This document shows positions 43,590 through 53,759 of a stretch of 64,000 nucleotides of DNA, piece by piece. The notes under the pieces are model-generated. The model saw nothing but the letters and a program-made list of their open reading frames with translations. It was not told the DNA's origin and did not search any database. The stretch is taken from contig CAWCKY010000007.1 of assembly GCA_963796275.1 (NCBI GenBank), positions 992,001 through 1,056,000 of the forward strand, written 5' to 3'. This DNA comes from an uncultured Acidobacteriota bacterium. Its GTDB lineage: Bacteria > Acidobacteriota > Blastocatellia > RBC074. Each line of letters starts with the position of its first letter. Position 1 is the first letter of the stretch. A program made the translations under genes and the position numbers.

Positions 43590-45130
43590 AATATCTCCCA
43601 TTTTGTCAGTTGCTCTAAAACTGCATTGAAGGTCGAGACGACCATTGGATAAGCCAGCTTGGGCCGTTGAATCACCAGCAATGGGATTCCGAGGGCCTGC
43701 GCCGCCGCCGCTTTGGCGCAATAGCCGCCGGCGTCGCCGGAGTCCTTGGTCACCACGCAGTCGATCTGCCAATCGCGCCACATCGCTTCATTGAATGCCT
43801 GCGAGAACGGCCCCTGCATCGCGCAGAGATGACTGCGTGGCACGCCCAGATCGATCGCTCGTTGAACGAACGCTGGCTCTGGGGTGATCCGGACGAACCA
43901 CTGCCGTTCGGCTGCTCCTGGCGCGTGCAGAAAAGTCGCCAGGTCCTTGGATCCCGTCGCCAAAAAAATACGCCGCCCGAGCGCAATGGCACGTTCAGCC
44001 GCCTGCTCCATCGATTCGCAGACCTCGCCGTGATCCGGGGCCAGCGCGCCGGGCCGTTCATAGCGCAAGTACGGAATGCCGATCTCACGCGACAGACCGA
44101 TTAATTGTTCGGAGATGATGGCAGCATAGGGATGAGTCGCATCGACCAGAACCCGCGCCCGACTGAGGGTCAGCGCCTCCCGGCGCGCATCGACACCTCG
44201 ACATCCAGCCCAGACAGAAACGCCGGGGCAGTCTTTGACCGCCACCTCGCCGCCATATTCGGTCGCGGCGGAGATCACCACCTGAGCCCCTCGCGCCGCC
44301 AGCCTGCTCGCCAGCGCATTGCCATCGCCGGTGCCGGAGAAGACCCAGACCGCCCGCTCAGGCAGTGATTGATCGCCGACAGTCTCATCAGCCGGCCGCC
44401 AGCCGTGGTATCCCCGGGGCGTAAAGATGTAACCGCGCTTGCGCTGGGTGAATCGGTTACCGATCACGATCGTGGTGAGCATATCGAATCGCAGCGCCGG
44501 TAACTCTTCCAGGCGGTGGATGCCGATCTGCTGGCCAGGCCGATAAGCGTTCTTCACCACGCCGCACCAAGTCTGCGGCGCCTTGGATCGAAGCATAATG
44601 TTCAGTATCCGGTAGACGCCGGTTTGCCGTCCGGCGCTCTGCACGTTATACAAGACGCAGGCCAGATCGGCCTCGGCGATGCACCGGGCGCGCTCCTCGA
44701 TCCATTCCCATGGGCAGAGCAGATCGGACAAGCTGAGGGTGGCGAAATCGTGCGACAGCGGCGAGCCCAGCAATGAGGCGCAGGCGTTCGCCGAGGTGAT
44801 GCCGGGCACCACGTTCACCTCATATGGCTCGTCTTCCTTCATCTCCTCGAAGGCCAGCGCCGCCATGGCATAGATGCCGATGTCTCCGCCGGAGATTAAG
44901 GCGACTTTGGCGCCATGGCGAGCGTGATCAATAGCCAGCCGGGCGCGTTCTCGCTCCTGCGTCAGTGGCGGCGTGTGAATCTCCTTGCCCGCGAGCCACG
45001 GCTCGATCCAATGCAAGTAGAACTTGTAGGCCACGATCACCTCACTCTCGCGCAGCGCCGCTTCGGCACGCGGAACGATCAGGTCGCTAAATCCAGGCCC
45101 GACTGAAACCAGGTTCAGAATTCCGCTCAT
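43586..45130 (-). CDS. cbiH: Fused C17-methyltransferase / precorrin-6x reductase (CbiH-CbiJ)
   Basis: GGDIGIYAMA, HDFATLSLSDLLCPW and FTPRGY; then SGTGDG, VDATHPYA, AMQGPFS and VTKDSG. Confidence 0.93.
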   Translation of the reverse strand: MSGILNLVSVGPGFSDLIVPRAEAALRESEVIVAYKFYLHWIEPWLAGKEIHTPPLTQERERARLAIDHARHGAKVALISGGDIGIYAMAALAFEEMKEDEPYEVNVVPGITSANACASLLGSPLSHDFATLSLSDLLCPWEWIEERARCIAEADLACVLYNVQSAGRQTGVYRILNIMLRSKAPQTWCGVVKNAYRPGQQIGIHRLEELPALRFDMLTTIVIGNRFTQRKRGYIFTPRGYHGWRPADETVGDQSLPERAVWVFSGTGDGNALASRLAARGAQVVISAATEYGGEVAVKDCPGVSVWAGCRGVDARREALTLSRARVLVDATHPYAAIISEQLIGLSREIGIPYLRYERPGALAPDHGEVCESMEQAAERAIALGRRIFLATGSKDLATFLHAPGAAERQWFVRITPEPAFVQRAIDLGVPRSHLCAMQGPFSQAFNEAMWRDWQIDCVVTKDSGDAGGYCAKAAAAQALGIPLLVIQRPKLAYPMVVSTFNAVLEQLTKWEIL

Positions 45131-45897
45131 GCTTTCACCCAGATTAGATCTTCCACAACGGCCACGGCCACGCCGTTCAGGGCCGTCTTTGGTACCACAA
45201 GTTTTCCGCGCGGGCAGGCGATCAGGGCGCACGGTTCGCAGACACCAGCCAGCCCCACGTTCTGCCGAACCCATTCCGATGGCTGCGTCACCCAGGACCG
45301 CGCCGCCACGGTTTCACGCGCCACCCCACGCAACGGCAAGCCGTTCCGTTCACAAAATTCAATCAATCCCGCTTCTTCAGCCTTCAAGTCAATGGTCGCC
45401 ACCTCCCGTACCTCGCTCAGAAGACGCCCGTTCAGGGCCTGGCTGACCGCCGCCTCGATCCGTTCGGCGGTCACTCCTTTGCGACAGCCGACCCCCATCA
45501 CCAGCGGTTTCAGGGCCTCGGTGGCCGTAGTGATGACCGGGACCGCGCCGATAGCGTTGGCCACGCGATAAGCCAGGCGGTTGGCTCCGCCTTCGTGACC
45601 GGCCAACAGTGCCACGGCATAGCGGCCTGCCTCGTCGAGCACGACGACCGCCGGATCGTGATGCTTGTCCATCGTCAAACCGTCGAGAAAGCGCACCGCG
45701 ATGCCGCTCGCCGCGATCATCACCCACTGTGAGTGCTCATGATAAGCTGCGGCAAACTGTTCTCGCTGCGAACCAGCCACCTGCAACCAGGGCCGATATC
45801 GCCGGCCGCCGAGTCGTGATTGCAGCCAATCCGCGAGAGCCTCGCTCTCCGCCCGCACCGACCAAATCCCGAGCGATTCATCCAGTGATTTGGTCAT
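45127..45897 (-). CDS. cbiG: Cobalt-precorrin-5A hydrolase
   Basis: ASGIAVR, DPAVVVLDE, GHEGGAN, GVGCRKG and GVCEPCA motifs. Confidence 0.93.
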   Translation of the reverse strand: MTKSLDESLGIWSVRAESEALADWLQSRLGGRRYRPWLQVAGSQREQFAAAYHEHSQWVMIAASGIAVRFLDGLTMDKHHDPAVVVLDEAGRYAVALLAGHEGGANRLAYRVANAIGAVPVITTATEALKPLVMGVGCRKGVTAERIEAAVSQALNGRLLSEVREVATIDLKAEEAGLIEFCERNGLPLRGVARETVAARSWVTQPSEWVRQNVGLAGVCEPCALIACPRGKLVVPKTALNGVAVAVVEDLIWVKA

Positions 45898-46676
45898 GCC
45901 TCCCTCTTTCGTTCGTTCGGCCTCACTCCGCGAAATAGATGCTTGAAGTCTTGAGCGTAGAGCCTCGATTCGGTCACCAGGTCGTGCCCCAACGCCGCGC
46001 CGACCAGCAGCATGGTCGTGAGATTCCAATCGTCGCGCCGGGTCTCCTGCAGCACGGTGCCCAGCGTCCCTTGATATATCCGTTGTTCGGGCCAACTAGC
46101 CCGGTAGACGAGCGTCAACGGCGTCTCTTCAGGGTAGTGCCGGGACAGGTCGGCGACGATCTTTTTCAGATGCGGCCCCGATAAGAAGATGCACATGGTC
46201 GCACGGTGCTCAGCCAATTTGGCGAGGGCTTCCGCTTCCGGCACCGCCGAAGCTCGGCCCGAGACGCGGGTAAGGATAATGGTCTGCGACACTTCCGGCC
46301 TGGTCAGCTCAGTCTTGACCTCAGCGGCGGCGGCGCAGAATGATGAGACCCCGGGGACCACTTCATATTCGATGCCCAGCGCCGCGAGCCGCCGCATCTG
46401 CTCGGCCGTCGCGCCGTAGATCGCCGGGTCGCCCGAGTGCAGCCGAGCTACGTCGCGGTCGGCCGCCTGGGCGCTCCGGTAGCAGGCCTCTTGCTGTTCG
46501 AGGTCGAGCCCGGCGGTATCGATCAACTCGGCGCCCGGTCGGCAGTGCTGCAGCAGATCGGTCGGCACCAGCGAACCGGCATACAACACCAGGTCGACGC
46601 AGCCCAGTATCCGGGCGCCGCGAATCGTGATCAGGTCGGCCGCGCCGGGACCGGCGCCGATGAAATAGACCTTCAT
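45894..46676 (-). CDS. cbiF: Precorrin-4 C11-methyltransferase
   Basis: GAGPGAADLIT, YAGSLV, RLHSGDPAIYGA and PEVSQTIILTR motifs. Confidence 0.95.
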   Translation of the reverse strand: MKVYFIGAGPGAADLITIRGARILGCVDLVLYAGSLVPTDLLQHCRPGAELIDTAGLDLEQQEACYRSAQAADRDVARLHSGDPAIYGATAEQMRRLAALGIEYEVVPGVSSFCAAAAEVKTELTRPEVSQTIILTRVSGRASAVPEAEALAKLAEHRATMCIFLSGPHLKKIVADLSRHYPEETPLTLVYRASWPEQRIYQGTLGTVLQETRRDDWNLTTMLLVGAALGHDLVTESRLYAQDFKHLFRGVRPNERKREA

Positions 46677-47413
46677 AAATGACTCCTCCTCGGTGTCTTG
46701 CGAATCAGCAGTGTGGCGAGATAACCCATGGCCCCGGTCGCGGAGAGCGTTCCGACTTCGGCCGACAACAACTCACCCGGCAACCCGATGCGGCGTGCGA
46801 ACGCGCAATTTTCGGCAATCCCCATTTCGCACAGCAGATCGAGTATCCAGGGCAAGCGCGCGCCGACTTTCATCAAGACCACGATGTCATGCGTCTCGAT
46901 CTCACTCCGCAACGTCAGGGGATCGTCCGGGCAAGGCAGGATCAGCACTCGCTCCTTGCCCTCGCCCAACGGCCAGCTCAGAGCGGCGGCGGCGGCGGCG
47001 TAACTGGTAATCCCGGGAAAGGTCCGGTACCGCAATACCGGCAGTCGCTCGCGCAGCGCGGCCAGCACATAGCCATAGGTGGAGTAGGTCAGCGAATCGC
47101 CGATCGTCAGGTAGGCAACGTTGCGCCCGGCGCAGAGTTCGGCAGCGATCGTCCCGGCCAACTGCCCGTAATGCTCGCGCAATACCGTTCGGTCCGGATC
47201 CATATTGAACTCGATCTCTCTTAATCGTTCCGGCGGAATGTCGATCCCTTCCAGACATTGCAGGGCAACCGAGGTCTCGGCGCCGCGCACACGAGGAGCG
47301 AATACCACCTCAGCTCGCCGCAAGACTTCAAGAGCCGCCAGCGGAAGATAACCGGCCGGCCCCGGGCCGACCCCAATTCCCCAGAACGTGCCAAGCGATG
47401 CCTGTTCCCTCAT
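46673..47413 (-). CDS. cbiL: Precorrin-2 C20-methyltransferase
   Basis: GIGVGPG, LTIGDSLTYST, PGITS and VVLMKVG motifs. Confidence 0.92.
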   Translation of the reverse strand: MREQASLGTFWGIGVGPGPAGYLPLAALEVLRRAEVVFAPRVRGAETSVALQCLEGIDIPPERLREIEFNMDPDRTVLREHYGQLAGTIAAELCAGRNVAYLTIGDSLTYSTYGYVLAALRERLPVLRYRTFPGITSYAAAAAALSWPLGEGKERVLILPCPDDPLTLRSEIETHDIVVLMKVGARLPWILDLLCEMGIAENCAFARRIGLPGELLSAEVGTLSATGAMGYLATLLIRKTPRRSHL

Positions 47414-48567
47414 GCGTCCTTCCTCAACAGATTACCGGATAGATCGAATAACCGGACTTCTACCCGCGCCACCGCCGGTACCCGATCGCACACTCGCTCC
47501 GCGATCCGCCGCTCAATTTCAATCCACAATTCCTGCCAGTCGGGGTCACTCTTCATTCGTTCGATCGCCGCTTCCACAGTGTTGGCGTTCTCGATCTCTT
47601 TCACCAGGCCTGGCGCGAATCCACACTCCGCCGCCACCCGCGCCACACCGACCATCGCCATTCCGCTCTTGCTCGAATGTGTGTCCCATACTCCGTCCAG
47701 CACCTTGGCCAGTTTACCGGGGTGCCCCAGGAGCCAGAGCACATCCAACCGACGTCCGTCTTCTTCCAGCGCCCGCTGCGTGAAGTCGAGCGCATCGCCC
47801 AGAAAGTTGGCAATCTGGACCATGCGCTCTTCGGGTAACCCCAGAACCTCTCGGACATAGTCACGGCCGATCTTGCCCGGCAGGTAGGCGACGCTTGGCG
47901 CTCCGCCGCCGAGCGCGACCCGGATATAGACTTCGACCGAAGCGATCCAGGCCGCCAGCGACATCGGCTCGACGATCCCGGTCGTCCCGAGGATCGAGAT
48001 GCCGCCCAGGATACCGAGTCGAGGGTTGAAGGTCTTTCTAGCGATCACCTCGCCATTTTCACAACCGATGGTCAGATCGAAGCCCTCTTCACTAGTTTCA
48101 AATCCGATTGGTCTTCCTACCGCCAGCACTTCGGCGACCGCCTGCCGCATCATTCGGCGCGGCACCGGGTTGATCGCGGGCTCTCCCACCGCCACGCGCA
48201 ACCCAGGCTTGGTCGCGATGCCGACACCGCTCCCGGCGATAAAACGAATCAGTCCCAGGTCATTCCGCCGGACCTCGGCGAAGATGGTTGCGCCATGCGT
48301 GCCGTCCGGATCATCGCCGCCGTCTTTGAGCACCTCAGCGCGGACCAAGCCACGATCGAGCCACCGCGCATCCTGAATCGGCACCATTAGATATTGGGTG
48401 CCGTCCGGCAACGACACTGCCACACGTTCGGGTTGTTCGCCGCGCAACAGCAGACTGAGTGCGGTCTTGACCGCCGCCGTGGCGCAACTGCCGGTCGTGC
48501 GCCCGCGCCGCAGACCATTGGGCGCCAAAAGACCGAGATCGAATTCTGCGAGTTCAATCTTGCTCAT
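47410..48567 (-). CDS. cbiD: Cobalt-precorrin-5B C1-methyltransferase
   Basis: [30 protein letters not shown] and [19 protein letters not shown] motifs. Confidence 0.96.
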   Translation of the reverse strand: MSKIELAEFDLGLLAPNGLRRGRTTGSCATAAVKTALSLLLRGEQPERVAVSLPDGTQYLMVPIQDARWLDRGLVRAEVLKDGGDDPDGTHGATIFAEVRRNDLGLIRFIAGSGVGIATKPGLRVAVGEPAINPVPRRMMRQAVAEVLAVGRPIGFETSEEGFDLTIGCENGEVIARKTFNPRLGILGGISILGTTGIVEPMSLAAWIASVEVYIRVALGGGAPSVAYLPGKIGRDYVREVLGLPEERMVQIANFLGDALDFTQRALEEDGRRLDVLWLLGHPGKLAKVLDGVWDTHSSKSGMAMVGVARVAAECGFAPGLVKEIENANTVEAAIERMKSDPDWQELWIEIERRIAERVCDRVPAVARVEVRLFDLSGNLLRKDA

Positions 48568-50159
48568 ATTTCCGGATGCCCGGCCAGCCAGTTGACCGCC
48601 TCGATCATCAAGGCATTGACTACGCTCGCCGCCCATGGCGAACCGCCGCGGGTGCCGCGATTGGTAATGCGTGGTACTTGCAGACAGCGTCGCAGATCAT
48701 CCTTGCTCTCCCGGGTCCCGACGAAACCGACGGGCAGTCCGATTACCAATTGCGGCCTCCAACCGTTTTCGCGGATCAGGCGAGTCGCTTCCGCCAAAGC
48801 GGTCGGCGCATCGCCGATCGCCAACACGATGTCGTTACCGAACTTCTCCCAGGCCCGCCGGATGCCTGCGGCCGAGCGAGTGACCACATGCATTTGTGCC
48901 ATGAGCTGCGTCTCGCGGTCGTGGACTCCGCACCAGGTTTCAATGCCAAGCTGTGTAAGCAGCGCACGTTTCAAGCCGGCCTGCACCATGGTGACATCGG
49001 TAACGATGCGCTTGCAGCGTAACAGCGCACGGAAGCCGGTCTCGACGGCTCCCGGCGACAGGTAGAGATCATCAACCGCATCGAGATCGCCGCTCGTGTG
49101 GACCAGCCGTTGTAATACTGAAAGGTGCGCGGCTGGGAAAGCCGACCAGTCGCGCCTGGCGGCGATCAGGCGGAAGCTCTCGGCCTCGATCGGATGCGGC
49201 TGGTAGGGCCTGAATTCAGGTTCGGGTTCGATCGGCCGCGCCTCGACAGTTCCCTCCTTTTCCAGCAATCCTCGCACTCGCAGATGATGCGCCCGCTGCG
49301 GCTCGCCGACCTGCTCCTCGAAACCGACGATCTGCACCCGGTATTTACATAACGAGCAGTTCATCGCCGCACGCCCGGCTACCGCCTCGCGTGCACGTTC
49401 GATCATTACGTCGGCCACGTGCGGATGCACGCCGAGATAACCGGCTTTGAGGACCTCCAGTTCCGGTTCGCCTTCCTGCAATAGATCGGCTGCCGCGTAA
49501 ATCCGCTTGACCAGAACGCCGTCAAAGAGCATGAACGGCAAGACTATGAGTCGCGCAGATCCCAGTCGGGCGGCGGAGCGCAAACCGTCGGCGACCAGCG
49601 GTTTGGCGGTACCCGAATAACAGACGACGGCTCCGCCGAATCCCATTCCCTCCTCCAGCATCCGCGCCAGCTTGGCGATCTCGCCATTGGCGTCCGGGTC
49701 GCTGGTGCCGCGGCCGACCAGCACCAGACAGGTCTCGTCGCGCCTCACGATGCGCGGTGAGGTCGATTCGGCGGCGACGATCCGTTCCTGAGCGAGTTGC
49801 AATAGTTGCGGATGTAGATTGAGCGGGGTGCCGAAGTGAAAATCGATCCCGGGATGCTCGCGTGCCAGCGCCAGCAATTCGCTCGGCAGATCGTTCTTCG
49901 CATGGCGCGCCGCCAACAGCACACCCGGCACTACCGCCACCTGCCGCACACCGGCGGCGAGGTTCGCGGCGACCGCTTCGGCAATCGTCGGACTGGCGAA
50001 CTCCAGATAGCCGTGGGTGACCACATGCTGTGGGGCACGCATCCGGATCAATTCGACCAGCGCCTCAAACTCCCGGACCCCGTCTGAATCCCGGCTCCCA
50101 TGACCGGCAACCACGATTCCGAACTGTCCGAACTGATCAGCTTGAACAATCGGCATCAT
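48564..50159 (-). CDS. cbiX: Fused sirohydrochlorin cobaltochelatase / precorrin-8x methylmutase (CbiX-CbiC)
   Basis: [20 protein letters not shown] and MNCSLC; then [22 protein letters not shown] and RGGSP. Confidence 0.93.
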   Translation of the reverse strand: MMPIVQADQFGQFGIVVAGHGSRDSDGVREFEALVELIRMRAPQHVVTHGYLEFASPTIAEAVAANLAAGVRQVAVVPGVLLAARHAKNDLPSELLALAREHPGIDFHFGTPLNLHPQLLQLAQERIVAAESTSPRIVRRDETCLVLVGRGTSDPDANGEIAKLARMLEEGMGFGGAVVCYSGTAKPLVADGLRSAARLGSARLIVLPFMLFDGVLVKRIYAAADLLQEGEPELEVLKAGYLGVHPHVADVMIERAREAVAGRAAMNCSLCKYRVQIVGFEEQVGEPQRAHHLRVRGLLEKEGTVEARPIEPEPEFRPYQPHPIEAESFRLIAARRDWSAFPAAHLSVLQRLVHTSGDLDAVDDLYLSPGAVETGFRALLRCKRIVTDVTMVQAGLKRALLTQLGIETWCGVHDRETQLMAQMHVVTRSAAGIRRAWEKFGNDIVLAIGDAPTALAEATRLIRENGWRPQLVIGLPVGFVGTRESKDDLRRCLQVPRITNRGTRGGSPWAASVVNALMIEAVNWLAGHPEI

Positions 50160-50867
50160 GCTCCCTCCGGCGGTTCGATCTGGCTCGGCATCGGATGACG
50201 GGTGCGGATCAGCATAATGCTCATCTTGCTGAACTCGCGTTGTCCCAGACACTCGGCCAGAGTGCCGCGCCAGGCCGCCTCGGCGCCGGTCAGATTCTCC
50301 CAGACCTCGGCCGGATGGTCGGGCGATATCTCGTTCTCGATCAAATAGGCAGCGATCTCATGCGGGCATGAACGAGCGTTCGGCATCCCATGGGCAAGGG
50401 ATCACAATCGCATTCCGCCGGTCTTGCAGCACATGGACCAGATGACGTTTGAACGGCGTGAGATCGCCGCGTCGATGAAAGGTGATGAAGGTCGTCTCGT
50501 CGAAGCAGACTTTGCTCCGTGAAGCGAGAATCTGCGCCGAGGATATCCCCGGCAGACTCTCCACCGCATGGCCGCAGGCCCGTTCAACCCGCTCCAGATA
50601 TTGAAAGCCGCTGAAATGGAGATCGCCCATGAAGACCACGACACAACGTTGACCGGCATGATGCGCCCGCGCCACTCGCGCCAGCTGGTCGACCTGATCG
50701 CGATATCCCATGGTCACCACCTCCGCCGTCGCTGGAATCAGATCGCGCACGATCTTAACCACGGCGTCGAACCCGGCCACTACATCGGCCGAGCGAATCA
50801 ACTCCGCGCCGCGCTGGGTTAGGTAACCGATGTCGCCCGGTCCAGCGCCGATACAAATGATCATCAT
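50156..50867 (-). CDS. cbiE: Cobalt-precorrin-7 C5-methyltransferase, frameshifted at about 50365
   Basis: [20 protein letters not shown] and PGISSAQ; C-terminus HEIAAYLIE...VWENLT in the shifted frame. Confidence 0.88.
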
Positions 50868-51620
50868 TTTTCCTCGGTTGTTTTCATTGTGCTCGAAAAA
50901 CCGGCGGCCAAACCCACCACGTCACCGACCACCACGATGGCCGGGCTGCCGAGCCCCTGCGCACTGACTGCCGCCGGCAACTCGACCAGGGTCGTCATGA
51001 CGCTGCGCTGGTGGGGCAAGGTGCCATGCTGTATCGCCGCTGCAGGCCGGGTTGGCGATGCGCCTGCGGCCAATAATTCGGCGACGATCTGCGGCAGGTT
51101 GGCCATGCCCATATAGATCACCAGCGTCTCTCCAACCTCGGCCAACCTTCGCCAATTCACCGATCCATCCGGGCGGGAATGCCCGGTCACAAAGGTGATG
51201 CTGCGCGAGTAATCGCGATGCGACAGGGGAATGCCCAAGGCCGCGGGCACGGCCACACCGGCCGTCACTCCGCTGACAACCTCGACCGGCACCCCGGCTA
51301 CCAGCAGGCACTGCATCTCTTCACCGCCCCGACCGAAGACGAATGGATCGCCCCCCTTGAGTCGCGCCACAATCTTGCCGTTAGTCGGCATGCTTGAGCA
51401 TGAGTTCGTGAATCGTGATCTGTGAGGTCGATCGGCAGCCGCCGCGCTTGCCGACCTCCATGATCTGCGCATCGGGCCGGGCGAAACACAGGACTTCGCG
51501 ACTGACCAGATCGTCGAGCAGCACGACATCCGCCTCCCCGAGAACCCTCACCGCTTTGAGCGTCAATAGCTCGATATCACCGGGACCGGCGCCGATCAAA
51601 TAGACTTTCCCTGTTTTCAT
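50864..51620 (-). CDS. cobA: Uroporphyrinogen-III C-methyltransferase, frameshifted at about 51387
   Basis: [18 protein letters not shown]...VGKRGG, then [24 protein letters not shown] and LVIYMG. Confidence 0.93.
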
Positions 51621-51780
51621 ATGAGCTTAGACATCCGAGCCGCGTGGCACCGAATTCCCGGCCGACAATCGCATCTGAAGCGGGAAATTTAGAGTGGAGT
51701 GATTGCTGAAAAGCTGGAAAATAGAGACCCGAACCCAAGCCGCACTCTTAATCCCCGAAGAGTTCATCTGCACGACCGAA

Positions 51781-51995
51781 CTTCAGGTAGGTCTCCTGAC
51801 TTAAGCCCCCGAAGTCGAAAGCAATTGAATGCTGGCGGCTTCTCTTTTCCTCGTCGCCTTCCCACGCGCTCGCGCAGTGGCATAAAGTAGGAGAGGAAAA
51901 GTATCAAAGGGCCTTCACAGTGGCGGGACCGTGCGGGAGTTTCACCCGCTTCCCTATTCTCCCGTTACCATAGAAACGGCAACAGGCACCTGAAG
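51781..51995 (-). promoter_or_regulatory. Cobalamin riboswitch upstream of the cob/cbi operon
   Basis: AATAGGGAAGCGGGTGAAACTCCCGCACGGTCCCGCCACTGT, GCCACTG..GGGAAGGC and B12 box AAGTCAGGAGACCT. Confidence 0.95.
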
Positions 51996-52096
51996 CCAAA
52001 ACTGTTAGATCAAAGCGTTGTTGAATATATGCCAGGGGATATTAATAACGCAAATTCAATCTCGCAATCGATCAAGACCGTCCATCTGGACCTCGT

Positions 52097-53752
52097 TCAG
52101 TTCGCCGGCGGTAACGCCGCTCGCCTGCCTTCCCGATCGGAGATGCTGACCGGCGACGGTTGGAGATCGATTTGACCGGGCACAACCGCCAGGCGGGAAG
52201 CGCGCCGCCGTTTAAAGTTGCGCGCCGTTCGGCGCCAGGTCAACCAAACCGCCGTCAAACTCAAAGCGCATCCGCCCAGGCTCAAAGCGATCACCGTCAA
52301 GTCCCACGCCGGGCGGCTCTGATAAAGATAAGGGAAATCGAGGCTGTGGAGCCCGTTGTATAGCCAGCGTTCGATCCGGCTGCGAGCCTCTTCCTTCTGA
52401 ACCACCGCGCCCAGTTGTGGGTCGAGATAGAGCCAGGTCTGTTGCGGGTCCTCGTATTTCACTCGCAGCACCGGAAGGCGGCGGCCTCGCGCCCGGTGAT
52501 AATAGTAAGCGTCATACCGGTCGAGCCAGGCCGCGTCTCTAATTTCAACCCCGGGCATTGCTTCCCGGGCTGCAGCCATCACCTCGTCGCGGGCGAACTC
52601 GTGCAGCCTCGTCTTCGTCTCGTCAGCCGCGATCAGCAGGTGCGGCAACGGCGCTTCGGCAGCGAGAATCGCCGACGAATCAGTGTTCGAACCGGTCTTC
52701 AGTTGATCCGGCGATTGAAGGGCAAGGTAATACGGCCACCCGCGAAATTGCGCGAGTTCGATCTCCTTTGGTTGAAACTCGGTCTGAAACTCGCGCAGGG
52801 CTTTGGCCGGGCTCAGGTTGAACAGCCGCGGATCGAGCGCCCCGCCCGCCACGGCGTTGACCTGGGCCTCGGTCGGACTGCTGCCGGGCGACCACTTGCC
52901 GGGATTCATCGAGAAGAGCCCGCTCAGAATCCAGGTGAACGTAATCAGCCCGAAGAACAGCCCGAAGTAATGATGCCAGCGCATCATTCCCGCGTAGGGC
53001 GTGCCGCTCAGTTCGCCCCTGAGGCGGTACTGTTTTCTGAATCGGTACCGCCAGAGCCCGGCGATGATGCCGCTCAAACACATGACGCAGCCGGCGCCCG
53101 AGCCGTACACGATCACGTCGTGCCAGAGGTCGGGACGCTGCCGCAGCGGGGTGAAGTAGATCCAGTGAATCACCGCCCCGATCCAACCCCAGAAGCGGCT
53201 CGCGTGCGTCGTCTTCATGACGACTTCACCAGTCACCTGCGAGACATATAGATGCGTGCCCGGCTCGTCATCCAGTGCGAACTTATGCAATGGCTTGAAC
53301 GGCCGGAGCGCGCCGCTGAGCGTCCATTGATCGGCGATCTCGATCGTCTCGATGTACTTCACACCGCCGAGGTGTTCCGGCACGAAAGCCCCGGCGAGCT
53401 CCAGCCCTTGCGCGGGGGTTACCGGTTCGAGTCGCCCGCCGTCGTCGGCAAAAATCGTCACCCAGCCTCGGTCCGAGAGGAACCGATAGACCGGGCGCCC
53501 ATTGACCATCCCCAGCCGGACTTTCCCCGGCGCATCGATCCAGCCGAGACGTTGATACGCCTGCTCCGGCGTCAGCGCGGCACGTGAGAAGTCGAGGGCG
53601 GGCAAGCGCATCAATCGCTCTTCCGATGAGAGCCGGGGCATCCGCTTGTACATCATGATGACGCCCGAGATGAACCAGAGCGCGAACAGCAGGCAGAAGG
53701 CCAGGCCGAGGTAGCGATGCATGTATATCAAATATTTCTTCAGCTTTTGCAT
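52097..53752 (-). CDS. PepSY-associated TM helix domain protein
   Basis: HRYLGL..WFISG, IHWIYF, WHHYFG and YNGLHSLDF conserved His motifs. Confidence 0.88.
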   Translation of the reverse strand: MQKLKKYLIYMHRYLGLAFCLLFALWFISGVIMMYKRMPRLSSEERLMRLPALDFSRAALTPEQAYQRLGWIDAPGKVRLGMVNGRPVYRFLSDRGWVTIFADDGGRLEPVTPAQGLELAGAFVPEHLGGVKYIETIEIADQWTLSGALRPFKPLHKFALDDEPGTHLYVSQVTGEVVMKTTHASRFWGWIGAVIHWIYFTPLRQRPDLWHDVIVYGSGAGCVMCLSGIIAGLWRYRFRKQYRLRGELSGTPYAGMMRWHHYFGLFFGLITFTWILSGLFSMNPGKWSPGSSPTEAQVNAVAGGALDPRLFNLSPAKALREFQTEFQPKEIELAQFRGWPYYLALQSPDQLKTGSNTDSSAILAAEAPLPHLLIAADETKTRLHEFARDEVMAAAREAMPGVEIRDAAWLDRYDAYYYHRARGRRLPVLRVKYEDPQQTWLYLDPQLGAVVQKEEARSRIERWLYNGLHSLDFPYLYQSRPAWDLTVIALSLGGCALSLTAVWLTWRRTARNFKRRRASRLAVVPGQIDLQPSPVSISDREGRRAALPPAN

Positions 53753-53759
53753 GGAACCT

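Noticed and set aside
50156-51620. Programmed frameshifting or true pseudogenisation of cobA and cbiE
   Set aside because: No slippery heptamers are present, and the same kind of single insertion affects acs and smc, which favours sequencing error.
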